The notes under the pieces were generated by a model. That model worked only from the letters and a program-made list of their open reading frames with translations, did not search any database and was not told the DNA's origin. A program made the translations under genes and the position numbers. This document shows positions 52,851 to 64,000 of a stretch of DNA of 64,000 nt, in pieces (position 1 is the stretch's first letter; each line of letters starts with the position of its first letter). The DNA is from Paraspadella gotoi (lineage: Eukaryota > Animalia > Chaetognatha), in assembly GCA_051294375.1 (NCBI GenBank), contig CM119265.1, positions 5,974,227 to 6,038,226 of the forward strand. The letters are read 5' to 3'.

Positions 52851-54266
52851 ATGACCGGAATCTCGTTGTTCATCCTTACCACCTTAATGTTCCTTCCGTG
52901 GGTCGCCGCGTGGGACAGCGAACAGTTGGAAGTTTTCGATCTTGTCGAAGAAGTAAATCAAAATTTCTACGAGCTTCTTGACGTCGCGGAAAACGCCGAA
53001 ACTAGCGAAATTCGAAAAGCATACCGCAAACTTTCCCTACAATTGCATCCCGATAAAAATTCGGCCCCCGACGCAGAGGTTCGTTTCCGTCAACTCGTCG
53101 CCATCTACGAAATACTCAAGAGCGAGGATCGGCGACGCCTCTACGACTCGGTTTTGCGCGATGGACTTCCGGATTGGCGACAACCTGTTTACTATTATCG
53201 TAAAGCGCGGAAGCTCGGTCTTGTCGAGTTATTTGTTATTCTATTCGTCATCTTTACAGTTGGACACTATTTGGTCATATGGGCCATGTATTTAGAAAGA
53301 AAATTCGAGCTGGAGGAGATTCTATTTTCGCAAGTGAAAAGGAAACACGAAAAGGGGATGAGAAAGAAGAGGGAGAAGGGACAAGCAGATTTGGACAAAG
53401 TCGCTGAAGGAGTGTCTGAAATCGTTACCGACATGTTGGAGGCTCCGACGTGGCATCGACTTCTTCCCGTTCAACTCGGTCTTGCCCTAAAAGACTTTTT
53501 GATGAACACCCCGCATCACTACCAAACTCTTAGAGAATTCGTTGCAGAATTCCTGATCTCTTTGAGACGCAAGGAAAAAGAAGAGAGCGATGACGAGGGC
53601 GAGGAGATGGAGCAAGAGACGAGAAAACGTCCGAAGCGAAAACGAATCGAGTTACCCGAATACCGGGAACCTGAAAACGTCTCCGAGTTTCCGAAGACGC
53701 ACCCAATGGAAGAAAAACCCAACGACGCCGTGCATCTCCCCTCCAGGGCGAACCTGCCATGGAACGAGGCGGAGCTTTCCAAACTTGCTAAAGCTATGGC
53801 GCGCTTTCCAAGCGGCACGCTCAATCGATGGGAAAAAGTTGCGGAATTCATGGAAAGAACCGTCGGGGAAATCACCTCAAAAAACAAAGAATTACGGGAG
53901 GCGAGATACAATCATCTAAATCAAATGGCAAGCCCCGATACGCCTGAAGAGCGCGTTAAAAAAAATAAGAAGTCTGCGCAGGCGATGGCCTCCCTGCCGT
54001 CTGACCTCACGCTCCGTGACGTCGACGTGACTGACGCTACTGAGGTTTCCGCCTCTGCGACCGTCATCGCCAATACTAGCGAAGTTTGTTGGTCGCAAAA
54101 CCAACAGAAGATTCTCGAATGGGCATTGACGCAGTATCCGAAGGGAACTCCTGAGCGGTGGGACAAGATCGCCGAGCACATTCCCGGAAAATCTAAGACC
54201 GACTGTATGCAGAGATTTAAGTTCATAGTGGAAACGATAAAACAGAAGCAAAAGGATGGATCTTGA
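52851..54266 (+). CDS. DNAJC1: DnaJ homolog subfamily C member 1 (ERdj1/MTJ1)
   Basis: Signal peptide, J-domain with HPD, GLPDWRQPVYYYR motif, transmembrane segment and two SANT/Myb domains; single coding exon of 471 aa. Confidence 0.95.
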   Translation: MTGISLFILTTLMFLPWVAAWDSEQLEVFDLVEEVNQNFYELLDVAENAETSEIRKAYRKLSLQLHPDKNSAPDAEVRFRQLVAIYEILKSEDRRRLYDSVLRDGLPDWRQPVYYYRKARKLGLVELFVILFVIFTVGHYLVIWAMYLERKFELEEILFSQVKRKHEKGMRKKREKGQADLDKVAEGVSEIVTDMLEAPTWHRLLPVQLGLALKDFLMNTPHHYQTLREFVAEFLISLRRKEKEESDDEGEEMEQETRKRPKRKRIELPEYREPENVSEFPKTHPMEEKPNDAVHLPSRANLPWNEAELSKLAKAMARFPSGTLNRWEKVAEFMERTVGEITSKNKELREARYNHLNQMASPDTPEERVKKNKKSAQAMASLPSDLTLRDVDVTDATEVSASATVIANTSEVCWSQNQQKILEWALTQYPKGTPERWDKIAEHIPGKSKTDCMQRFKFIVETIKQKQKDGS

Positions 54267-54941
54267 TGACTTTTTTAATAATAATTATATTTATAGGTAG
54301 GTAGGCAGTCAATATCCTAAGTGCAGTTAAAACTATTCGATGTTTATCGGTATTTGACACTTTTTTCTCAAAAATCAGTAGTACTTCGTATGTAGACAAC
54401 AGGATTAGGTAAAAAAAACTTATTTAATAAACTAAAAAGTATTATGCCGTTGTGATTTAAACTAATTGAGCCATAGAGGAAGACAACACAGGATGGCCGG
54501 GATAGTCTGGTGGAGTATCACAGGCTTCGTTGCACTGCGTGGGCGTAAGATGAATAGACCGAGTGTAAGTTTACGTTCCAATTTTGAGATCTCCTCTGCT
54601 GTTGGTTATCCGACCAACTTATTTTTTATAGTTTTAGAACCATTGTTTATGAACTAGTTCATATGGAATAAAAGCAGCATTAAAATTTCAGAAATAAAAA
54701 GAAGATTTATTCCTGGCCTAACAATAACCTAAAAAGTACTACTAGTTTTTGTTCTCATGTTAGTATCATTTACCGTGAATTCTAGGAGCATATAAATTAT
54801 AATTGTTGAAAATTATCTCGTTTTCTTTATATACTTTATTAAAACCAATTGACGTTTATTTACAACAGTGACCCGGATTTAATTTTATTATCATACATAA
54901 TTTACATATGTTAAAATTTTAATAGTACATCGAGGGGGAAA

Positions 54942-55472
54942 ATGTTTAAAACAGAAACTGCCCCGAAAGGAAAGGTTGGAACCAAGGGGCAAAAGAAAAT
55001 TCACGAAGACAATCAAGCGACTCTTGCGTTTTGGTCAAAACTAGTCTACGGCTCTTGCGCACTTGTCGTCTCGACGCTCTTCGTGTTCTGGGACCGAACG
55101 GGCGTCTGGCAACTTCTGCTCGAATGTTTCGGCTGTGCCGTCCTCCTTGGCTGTTACAAGATGATGGCGTCCATGTCGCGGCCCTACTTTTCCGAGACGG
55201 GGAGCCTCGTCGACGCCGGCTCCGATCTCAATTTCGAAAGCGGTACCGCGGAATATCTCAAAGATATCCTCATAGTCACCATCGTCGTCACCGTCTGCGG
55301 ATTGTACACTACCTACTTTTGGCTTCTTTGGTTAATCGTTCCCGTCTACGCTTTCTACAAACTCTGGGTCGTATTTCTGGGGCCTTGGTTCTTCCAAGAG
55401 GCGCCGCCGGAAATGGATGAAAAAAAGCAAAAAAAGATGGAACGAAAACAGCAAAGACGGAAATTTATTTAG
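54942..55472 (+). CDS. TMEM208: Transmembrane protein 208 (SND2)
   Basis: APKGKVGTKG N-terminus, LVDAGSDLN motif, LGPWFFQ and KKQKKMERKQ C-terminus; intronless ORF of 176 aa. Confidence 0.95.
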   Translation: MFKTETAPKGKVGTKGQKKIHEDNQATLAFWSKLVYGSCALVVSTLFVFWDRTGVWQLLLECFGCAVLLGCYKMMASMSRPYFSETGSLVDAGSDLNFESGTAEYLKDILIVTIVVTVCGLYTTYFWLLWLIVPVYAFYKLWVVFLGPWFFQEAPPEMDEKKQKKMERKQQRRKFI

Positions 55473-55591
55473 GAGACCATTTCTGTTGAATTATTTAATC
55501 AATAGATCAATGTAATTGCATTAGGTATAATTATTATTATTATTATTATATTTCGCGATTGTGCGTTTAGCTTTTTTTTCAGCTGTTAAAA

Positions 55592-57540
55592 ATGCAATCT
55601 GCCCTAGTCAACGTTGTCTTGGAAAAGCGAGACGAGACTGCCCTTGAAATTCTGGGCGACATCGCCGTCGACTCGGCGCTGCTGAATGGCGTCCTGATGA
55701 GGACTGCCGAGGATCCCAACGCCAGCGACAAAGTGCAGTTCGCGCCTTTTTTGTTATTTCCATCCCCCATTCCAAAGTAAAACATTTTATTTTTATTGAT
55801 TTTTTTATTTTTATCGTATCTTCCTCTCTAACTAGGAAATTGTTTGATCAAGCCTATGCAGTTCAGACCGATTTTAATACGCTCGTTCATAAAATTGCCT
55901 CTGATGAAGAATTTCTCAAAAAACAATTATCTTCCACTATTAAAGGTACTACATAGAAACTATAGCTAAGACAATTGTTTTATTTTTATCTTTATTCCAC
56001 CCATCCGTTGTATTTTCATTGCCCATTTTCTTTTAATTAAGCCGACGACTTTACTCGTCGTTTGTGGGACATATTCACGCGCGTTCGAGCGGAGGGAATC
56101 TCGCAACCGGTTCAACTGGGAATTCATCGCTCCGACTACATGATCGACATCAGTTCCACCTCAGACGGATCCCCGAGTCATCGGTTGACACAAATCGAAA
56201 TCAACACGATCGCTTCCTCATTCGGTGGTTTAGCTTGTAACTTGTTATCCGTCCAAAAAGAAGTGTTGTCTCGGGCTCGCAGTGTCTGCGGCGCTTCTTC
56301 ATTGGACCCGTCCAAAATACCGGACAATCAAGCTATGAAGAGTTTGGCCTCAGGGTTTTTGACAGCCTTTGATATTTATCGTTCACAAAAGCCGACGACC
56401 GGAGAAAACAAACTCGGAATTCTGTTCGTCAAAGAGATCGTGTCACGCAACATTTTTGATCAACGATGCTTAGAGCTGGAAATCTACAGACAAAGGTCCG
56501 ACGCGGTGGTTATTCGGCGAACCTTGGCGGAGATTGAAAATGAAGGGGAATTATCTGAGGATTCGAAGGTTCTTACTTTCAATGGTTTGGAGATAGCCTT
56601 GGCGTATTTCCGGGTTGGTTACGTTCCTACTGACTATCCCACAGGTAATTTGTAGCTACACTCTTTTGAGTAATAGCACTGTTAACTGTGCATAAGGAAA
56701 AATTTATATTTTGCTGCAGAGGTTGAGTGGAAAGGTCGTCTGAAGTTAGAACGCTCCCGTGCCATCAAATGTCCCTCCATCGCATATCACCTGGTCACAA
56801 CAAAGAAAATTCAACAATCGATTGCTGAGGAAGGAGCTTTGGAGAGGTTTTTAGACAACCGGGATTCAATTGCACGAATTAGAAACACCTTTACTGGTCT
56901 TTACCCACTGGATGATTCCAACCCTGGAAAAGAGGCTTTCGAAAAGGTACTTGTGTACCATTGTCCCCGTGTATTAAGTATGCGCTGCATTTTTTTATTT
57001 CTCTGTGATAAAGGCGATGAAACATCCTGAAAATTTTGTGCTTAAACCGCAAAGAGAGGGGGGCGCGAACAATTTTTATGGCCAAGATATTCCGAAAATG
57101 CTGCGTCAAATTTCGGACGGCGACGGTGGGGAAAAGGCGGCTTACATTCTCATGGACCGAATACAGCCGATGCCGCACTTGAACGTCCAATTGCGACCCG
57201 GCGCAAAAATCAAGGTTAGTGCTGACGCGGCGTAAAACCGGGAGGACGATGCCACCTCTTCCGCTTTTGTTCTGAGTTCGAGCTTTGGACTTCATTGTTT
57301 TTTATCTCGCCAGCCTAGTTACTCTTTTTCTACAATTCGTGTGTTTGGATGTTTTTTTTATTTCCCCAGGTCGAAGAAATGGTAAGCGAGTTGGGCATTT
57401 TTGGAGTTTTTGTTGGTGATGGCCCGAAGGAGTACAAAAATGAAGTCGGCGGTCACTTGCTGAGAACCAAGCAAAGCTTCAACGACGAAGGCGGAGTGGC
57501 TGCAGGCTATGCTGGGATTGATTCCCCTTACCTTATTTAA
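55592..57540 (+). CDS. GSS: Glutathione synthetase (eukaryotic type)
   Basis: Exons 55592-55776, 55836-55945, 56042-56644, 56720-56946, 57014-57214, 57370-57540 are in frame. Motifs: FAPFLLFPSP, GIHRSDYM, QIEINTIASSFGG, ERSRAIKCPSI, FVLKPQREGGANN, SELGIFG, GHLLRTK, EGGVAAG...DSPYL. Confidence 0.96.
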
Positions 57541-58033
57541 AACTGGTTGCTATCACTGACAAACTATAATTTGTTAGTTTTTATTATGTTTTATCGTTTT
57601 AGCTTAAGTGGTCTTTTTCAAAGGAGATTATGATATTTAATGTTGCATTTCGGCGTTCTTTTTCTCTCGCCTTTCGTTCTTGGCTATACACAGCATTTAC
57701 CTTTTACAAATTTTGATAGATGTAATTTCTGGTATTTTGAGTTTTTTATAATTATTATTATGATCGGATTGTGATATTATTAGTATTGTTACGAGGTTTC
57801 CATTTAACACTTAACTTATTGCCTAATAAATTATGAAATTGGCACAAAATAAAATTTAAATCATCAATTCATTCCATGAATGAGAAAGGCAAAACAATTC
57901 TTTTGTTAGATTTTGACGCCTTTTCTTTATTTCGTGCTTATTTTATAATAGTTTTTGTTGAATGTTTATTTTTTTATGGAAATTTACAGAGCTATTGTGA
58001 TTATTAAAAACATATGAATTTGTTAAATTAATT

Positions 58034-59322
58034 ATGGAAATATTGACTGACAATAAATCCGCTCTAACGTGTGGACATGCAGTTGAAGAAGAAGAAAATG
58101 AAATCACACTCGTAAGTTAACCATTTTTTATATCCGATATAATGAACCACTGGTAAAAATCGGAACAACCAATGATTTTACTATTTTTTTTAGACTTCCC
58201 CAGACGAGGGTGCTGCGGCCGAACCAGGGCTGGACGTAATGGTGCTATTACATCAGTTTCGAGACTTGGCAGCACACCCTAAGTCGAGGAGCCAACTCAT
58301 TCAAGATGCGACTTCCCTAGGAGGTCTTGTCCTTTTACTCAACGACCAAGACCCCAAGATCGTGGAACATACTCTGGAGGTTTTCCTTTTACTTTCTAAA
58401 TCAAAGGTATAAGTTTTCGGCACTTTAAATCAGTCGTTTCAATTTTGTTGTTAACGCTTTTAATCGCAAACGCAGGATTGTTGTCAAGCCCTTTTTCACC
58501 AACTGGGATTCATCGAGAGCCTAGACAACATCGTGATCGAATATGGTGACCGTCGCGAAGACGGCGGCAACGTCGCCCGCATGGCCGTTCAGATCCTCAA
58601 TAAACTGACCGCTCGACCACCACGACCCCACTCCCCTGCCAGTTCCAGCTCGAGTCGAAAGAGCGAGGAGCTCAATCGGAAACGCGATCATCACTCCGCC
58701 ACCACTCAGAGGCGCAGCTTCGATTCGGCCGGTGCGAACGCGGTCCCCGTTTCCGCTCCCTTCGCCAAGCCGGCCAAGAAAGTCGCGAAACAAAAAAGCA
58801 ACTCTAAAACTATCACTCTTCAAGTCAAGGGGCTCTTGGATATGCACGATCGCGACAAGTGTCGCGAGAACCTGTTGGACGTTCAGGGTGTCATTAGTTT
58901 AACGTTCGACATGAAGAAGAAACGCGCCGTTCTGCGGGTGAAGAACGAAATGCGCGCGGAAGACCTCGTCCACGCCGTTTTGAGGACGGAAACAATGAGC
59001 GCCAGTCAAGTCGTTTTGGACGAAGACGGTTAATGCGACGATTAACAGGCATCGACTTCAAACATGTTTTGTCACTAAACCATAATTTTTTTTACCAGGG
59101 AACGAAACTCTGATCTCCTTCACTAACCTGACGCTAAACTGTGTAGAAGGTGACGAAGAAGACGAAGACAATTACCCCGATTACCTCTCCGACGCCGACG
59201 ACTTTCCCTCGCCGGAAAAAGGGGACAAGGCAATGTCGCGGGTAAAAGGCGAGGAGGTGCAACAAGGAAGCAGCTGGTTTTCCACCGTCAGCAACTTCGT
59301 CAAAGACGCTTTTTATTGGTGA
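58034..59322 (+). CDS. ARMC1: Armadillo repeat-containing protein 1
   Basis: Exons 58034-58111, 58194-58406, 58476-59028, 59099-59322. QFRDLAAHP ARM region, HMA-like KTITLQVKGL...GVISLTFDM domain, PDYL motif and C-terminal SWFSTVSNFVKDAFYW. Confidence 0.92.
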
Positions 59323-60037
59323 AAAACAAAACTTTTTTCCTGCGAATACCGACTAAATGTAATCATTTGTAGAGAAGTAGCGCGTAGTTACTAGGTAGTT
59401 GTGAAAAAAAATGGGTCAACGATGGAAATGTTAAACGCGAGCATTTCTCCTGTGATTAGTGCCTCGGTGCGTCGGTAAGAGATTGACCGTGGGTTTCTTG
59501 ACCTGTTTCGAAATGACCCTGTGATATAAACACTAGACTAAGCCAATTTTTGTTCTGTTGAGAAATTTTTTATTAAAATTTGGTTTGAAGAATATTTAAT
59601 TGCACGAACCAAGCTTCAGAAAAGGACCTTAGATTTTTAACCGCGAAGTCAGTAATTGTTACTATTGTGATCATAATGATTATTTTATTACTGAGAAGAT
59701 TTTGGTTTTTATCGACTCGTTATACAATCAAGCACCAAATTCAAGTTTTTCTTAATATTATTTTATATTGAATTAGTGTTCTCATATCAACGTGACATTT
59801 GTTAATATTCAAGTTAAAACGAATATCTTTTCGCCAGTTTCAAACGTTAAAAGAGTCTTGTAACAAACTTTATAACTGTGCTATACACCCTACTACTAGT
59901 ATTGATTATTGAATCGTTATCGCGAATATTTTTCACTTTTAATATTGTTTCCCCCCATCATTCCAGAAAAGTATATCCGCTACATAGCCGCGCTCTGAGT
60001 AAGAACGAAGAACGTTGTCCCATACACTGAACGATGA

Positions 60038-62569
60038 ATGATTCAAAGTCGATGTAAAAATCGTATGGAAAATAATCACAATGCGAGTTACGAGCCTCTT
60101 CATCGCCGCGCGCCCGTCTTCACCGAAGGCGCGCCGCTGCTACAGACGGAAGCCATGCTCGTGTCGCCCGTTGACGAGGAGGCCGTTTTGGAGGCTCGCT
60201 TGACGCAGACGGATCACGATTCCTCCTCCTCCTCCTCATCCTCTTTCACCAACCCGAGCTTTCGCCTTTACCCCGATTCCGCCGTCGAGACCAAAGCCTC
60301 GACGCGCGTTTCCTTTCGCGACCTTCAAACCCCGGACGAGAGCGGATCCTGGGCGGCCAACTTTAGATTTCTCGGCCTCGACCCCAACGAGAATAACGAC
60401 GATGACGGCTCTGCCCAGCTGCTAGTCTCCTCGGCCTCAAGCCCGCCTCCGCCCACCACATCATCATCCTCGCGCTTTAAGATGCCGTCGCCAGGCGGCG
60501 GGAATGCCAAAAAGCGACGCAATTACGCCAAGCTGGACATCGCGTCCACGATGGGGGTGCCTCTACTCGCCGAACAGATGGACGAGAATGGGGAGGACGA
60601 AGACGAAGACGTCGAGAACGAAGATACCGAAAGCGTTCAAATGCAGAGACGCGATTCGGAGGTCGACATCAATTCGACGAGACCCGGGATGCCGACGAAC
60701 ACGTCGACGATGACGACGACAACAACTGTGGTCGATTCCACCTCTTCGACGGTCGGGCTGGTGGACAACCGAAAGCCCCACGATGATTCCGAATCGAAAA
60801 CGAAATCCAGTTTCCTTAACTTCTACGCCAACCTCGAGAGCAAAACCTCAAACCTTAATGGAGATTCGCACGGCGACGATTTCCACAACGACGACGAGAA
60901 TGACGACAATGACGACGACAACAAGAGCAACGAAAAGAAGCGATTTTCGTCGTTGAACAATCTGCTGGATGAAGACGGAATGGGCCAGCAGGAAGTGGAG
61001 GGCATGGTGGTCGAGTACGAGGACCTCGACGACGACGACATTGACGACACGAAACCTGAATCCCAAAGAGAACCCCAAGATTATCAAGAAATCCTCCCGG
61101 CGGGCTGGGAGCGGCACGAAAGCAATGACGCCCCCTATTATTGGCACATAAAGAGCGGAACTATTCAGTTGGAGCCACCTGAGGGGACTCGCAGCGTGCT
61201 CAGAGCAAAGCCGCCTCCAAATCTCTTTACTGACGAGGACGCCGTCGCCGGGAAGGAACACCTTCGTGACTTTGAGAAACACGTGCTCAAGTTTGCAGAA
61301 GAGTCGCTGAAATCCTTGGAGCTTGGTAGCCAAAAATCGTTTGAGCCACAAGAAACTCAAGTGGGAATGCAAACTCCGGAGGCGTTAGGCGTCGAAAAAC
61401 CGGAGCGGTTCAGCGTCAAATCGTTGGGATGGCTTGCGGTGGAGGAAAGCGATCTGACTCCGGAACGCTCCTCCAAAGCTGTCAATCGTTGCATTGTGGA
61501 ATTAAGCAATCCTGGCTCCCGCGCCGGCTCGCGTCTCGGCGGCGGAAGCACAAGGTTGGATTCCATTGGCCAGTGGGGAGAGGGTAAAGAACTGTGGATG
61601 GAAATGTTCGACGATCACCTTCACTTGATTGACTCGACGGAGACGGTCCTCACGAGATTATCTATTCAGTCTATTCGCGTTTGGGGCGTTGGTCGCGACA
61701 ACGAGCGCGATTTTGCCTACGTAGCCCGCGACAAAAACTCGCGACTTTACCTTTGTCACGTATTCCGTTGCGAGACACCTGCTCGCGCCATCGCCAACGC
61801 TTTGAGGGACGCCTGCCGCCGCCTGATGGCCGAAAGACAAAAGAAGCAGCGTGCCAAGGATGAAAAAAAGTCAGCGGAATTATCAAAAACTCCGGCTTTG
61901 CGGCCCGGAAGCCTGCCAATGTCGACGCCGCAACAGCGGCCGGAACTCGGCGACGTTGGCTTCTCCGGCGTGGACGAGAAATTGACCTCTTTCCCCACCC
62001 CAATGGAGGAACCGAGAAAGGTGATAAAGGCAGATTACTTGGGATCCGTTCAAGTGCCCAAACCGACCGGAATGGAAGTATTGTCTCCAGCTATTGAGAA
62101 GCTTTCGTCGCGCGTCCCGGTGGAGAGGTGGCAAAAAGTGGAGGTCGCAGTTGCACCCTCTACTGTTCAGGTCATCGACGCCGGGTCGTCGCCGAGCGCG
62201 GGCGAAACCATTGCAGAGTGTCGTGTACGTTACTTGTCCTTCATGGGTATAGGGAAAGATGTCTCGATGTACGCCTTTATCATGGACACGTCGGAGGAAG
62301 CTTTCATTTGTCACGTATTTCACTGCGCCCCGTCGGCGGCCTTTCTTTGCAAGACGATCGAGGCCGCGTGTAAACTGCGTTTTCAAAAAATTATTGATCG
62401 AGAAGCAGGCAAGCGGGGCTCCGGAAAGGAATCCCCCTCGAGTACCGGTAGCTACAGTCTTTTGAGCCCAATCGGAGGATCCAGCCGGTCCGGAATCGGC
62501 AGTTCTCTGAAGGAGGGCGTTAGAAGTATGTTTAACAATCTTTCCCAAAAACTTAAGACACCACAGTGA
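60038..62569 (+). CDS. APBB: Fe65/APBB-family adaptor (WW plus two PTB domains)
   Basis: Intronless 843-aa ORF with WW LPAGWERH...YYWHIKSGTIQLEPP, PTB1 (FSVKSLGW...IRVWGVGRDNERDFAYVARD...CHVFRC) and PTB2 (FPTPMEEP...ECRVRYLSFMGIGKD...CHVFHC...ACKLRFQK). Confidence 0.95.
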   Translation: MIQSRCKNRMENNHNASYEPLHRRAPVFTEGAPLLQTEAMLVSPVDEEAVLEARLTQTDHDSSSSSSSSFTNPSFRLYPDSAVETKASTRVSFRDLQTPDESGSWAANFRFLGLDPNENNDDDGSAQLLVSSASSPPPPTTSSSSRFKMPSPGGGNAKKRRNYAKLDIASTMGVPLLAEQMDENGEDEDEDVENEDTESVQMQRRDSEVDINSTRPGMPTNTSTMTTTTTVVDSTSSTVGLVDNRKPHDDSESKTKSSFLNFYANLESKTSNLNGDSHGDDFHNDDENDDNDDDNKSNEKKRFSSLNNLLDEDGMGQQEVEGMVVEYEDLDDDDIDDTKPESQREPQDYQEILPAGWERHESNDAPYYWHIKSGTIQLEPPEGTRSVLRAKPPPNLFTDEDAVAGKEHLRDFEKHVLKFAEESLKSLELGSQKSFEPQETQVGMQTPEALGVEKPERFSVKSLGWLAVEESDLTPERSSKAVNRCIVELSNPGSRAGSRLGGGSTRLDSIGQWGEGKELWMEMFDDHLHLIDSTETVLTRLSIQSIRVWGVGRDNERDFAYVARDKNSRLYLCHVFRCETPARAIANALRDACRRLMAERQKKQRAKDEKKSAELSKTPALRPGSLPMSTPQQRPELGDVGFSGVDEKLTSFPTPMEEPRKVIKADYLGSVQVPKPTGMEVLSPAIEKLSSRVPVERWQKVEVAVAPSTVQVIDAGSSPSAGETIAECRVRYLSFMGIGKDVSMYAFIMDTSEEAFICHVFHCAPSAAFLCKTIEAACKLRFQKIIDREAGKRGSGKESPSSTGSYSLLSPIGGSSRSGIGSSLKEGVRSMFNNLSQKLKTPQ

Positions 62570-64000
62570 CTTCATTTTAAAGAATTCACTTCATCTCGTT
62601 CGGGATGTACTTTAAAATTATAATGCATTATTGCTTGCTATTCGCCTAGTCCTTGATTTAAATGTAAATTTCCGTTTTATCAATGAAAGAATGAAAATAA
62701 CAGTATTTTTTTTTTTTGCTATCGTGATTGAGGCGCTTCCTTGTCGCTGCGAGTTATTCATCTGAAAAAAATTGCGTCATCGTATATTATGTGCCTTCTA
62801 TCCTATTATCTGTTTCATAAAAGGGCGTGATTTTTCACCGCTTAGGACATTTTTCTTTCAACCGAAGAGATTCCATCAAACCCCAAAAGCAAATCCCTGG
62901 CTCTTTTAAATAATACGATGATGATTTGTCTGCTCGCGTTAGTATAGTGTAACCAAATTATTGTTTAAGGTTTTCTAAATCACAGAAATAAATCCCAACT
63001 TTTAACTTTTTAGCTGTGTTTCGACGAAATAATGTCGATCCCAACTAAAAAAATTTACATTGCTTTTAAACTCTTGTTCTTGTGATCTTGTGTTTTTATA
63101 CCTTTGCACACCTCCGTTTCTAATACTGTTTTGTAAAAGGTTTCTAAAATCACTCCCCAGATATTTTTATTAGTATTAGTTCCTGTCTGTCCGGCTAATC
63201 TGCCAAAATATTTTTTTTAATTCAAATTTTCGATCACAACAATCCTCTTACCTAATTAAAATCGCATGGATCTCTTTTTCGTCACCGTATATATGTTTGT
63301 GTCCTTGTAAGACTCAATAGTGTTTATATAAAATACGGTTTGACATCTTATACATTATATATCAGAGATCATTTCTATGTCCACTAACATATACTGTTTT
63401 AATCACAAGCAGATATGATTGAGTGCCCGAAATGGCACCGGCGAAGAACGGACGCTTGAAGCTTCCTTTGAAAAAGACTAACACCAAAAATTATCGATCT
63501 ACGAGGAAAACTTTTTTAAAAAATCAAAGATCTGCCTTTCCCAAAGTCTTTGAAAATTTACTCTAGTCCAACCCGTTTGTACGAGCTAAGAACTCAAATC
63601 TATATAAATTTACCTTCTACTGTATACATTCGTAAGCCGAATAAATCTGCAACAAATCGTAACATATCTCATACCAATTTGCCACGAAATTAAAACCAAA
63701 ATGAAGCATATGAATAGACAATCGAAGATTAAGAGCCCATATATAGTTGTTTTGAACGGTAAGGATTTATATTTTTTAATATATATATTACATAACTACT
63801 GAATGTTTTTGAGAGACCATTAACCAAAAATAATTTACGTCGATGGAACTCGACAAACAATTTTAAATACATTGTACTTTTCAGCATCGCGTCGGTAGCC
63901 AATATCATCCCAAAATGGAACCCAGCGCCCATTCTCGTTCCCGGACAACTGAAGCTCCATCGCGCGGCCAGCTCCAGAGAAGCCGCGCTGTTGCTGAAGG

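Noticed and set aside
63415-64000. Coding-like sequence at the window edge
   Set aside because: Several frames are open on both strands with no recognisable motif; strand and product cannot be assigned.

Overview
Metazoan genomic DNA, probably from a spiralian/lophotrochozoan invertebrate (an inference from protein features), in a draft assembly with N-gaps and stretches of uncorrected long-read-like sequence. 1-17 kb: (CT)n-rich and dominated by a tandem duplication (2877-7257 vs 7260-16622) that is probably a haplotype/assembly artefact. Both copies carry a non-autonomous hAT element (8-bp TSD); only the second carries a 4.7-kb CAC...GTG-ended insertion with asymmetric inverted ends and a roughly 40-copy 70-bp terminal array. 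17-42 kb: gappy and microsatellite-rich, with an Hv1 proton channel gene (-), a spondin-2/mindin-like gene (+) and an intronic tRNA-Cys. 42-47 kb: Pbx/extradenticle with two tandem, phase-matched, apparently mutually exclusive exons for homeodomain helix 3. 48-52 kb: a DZIP3-like HEPN (RxxxxH) plus coiled-coil gene and two MITEs. 52.8-62.6 kb: five co-oriented, tightly spaced housekeeping genes (DNAJC1, TMEM208, GSS, ARMC1, APBB/Fe65) that look like an operon. All exon calls were made by eye and no database searches were run.
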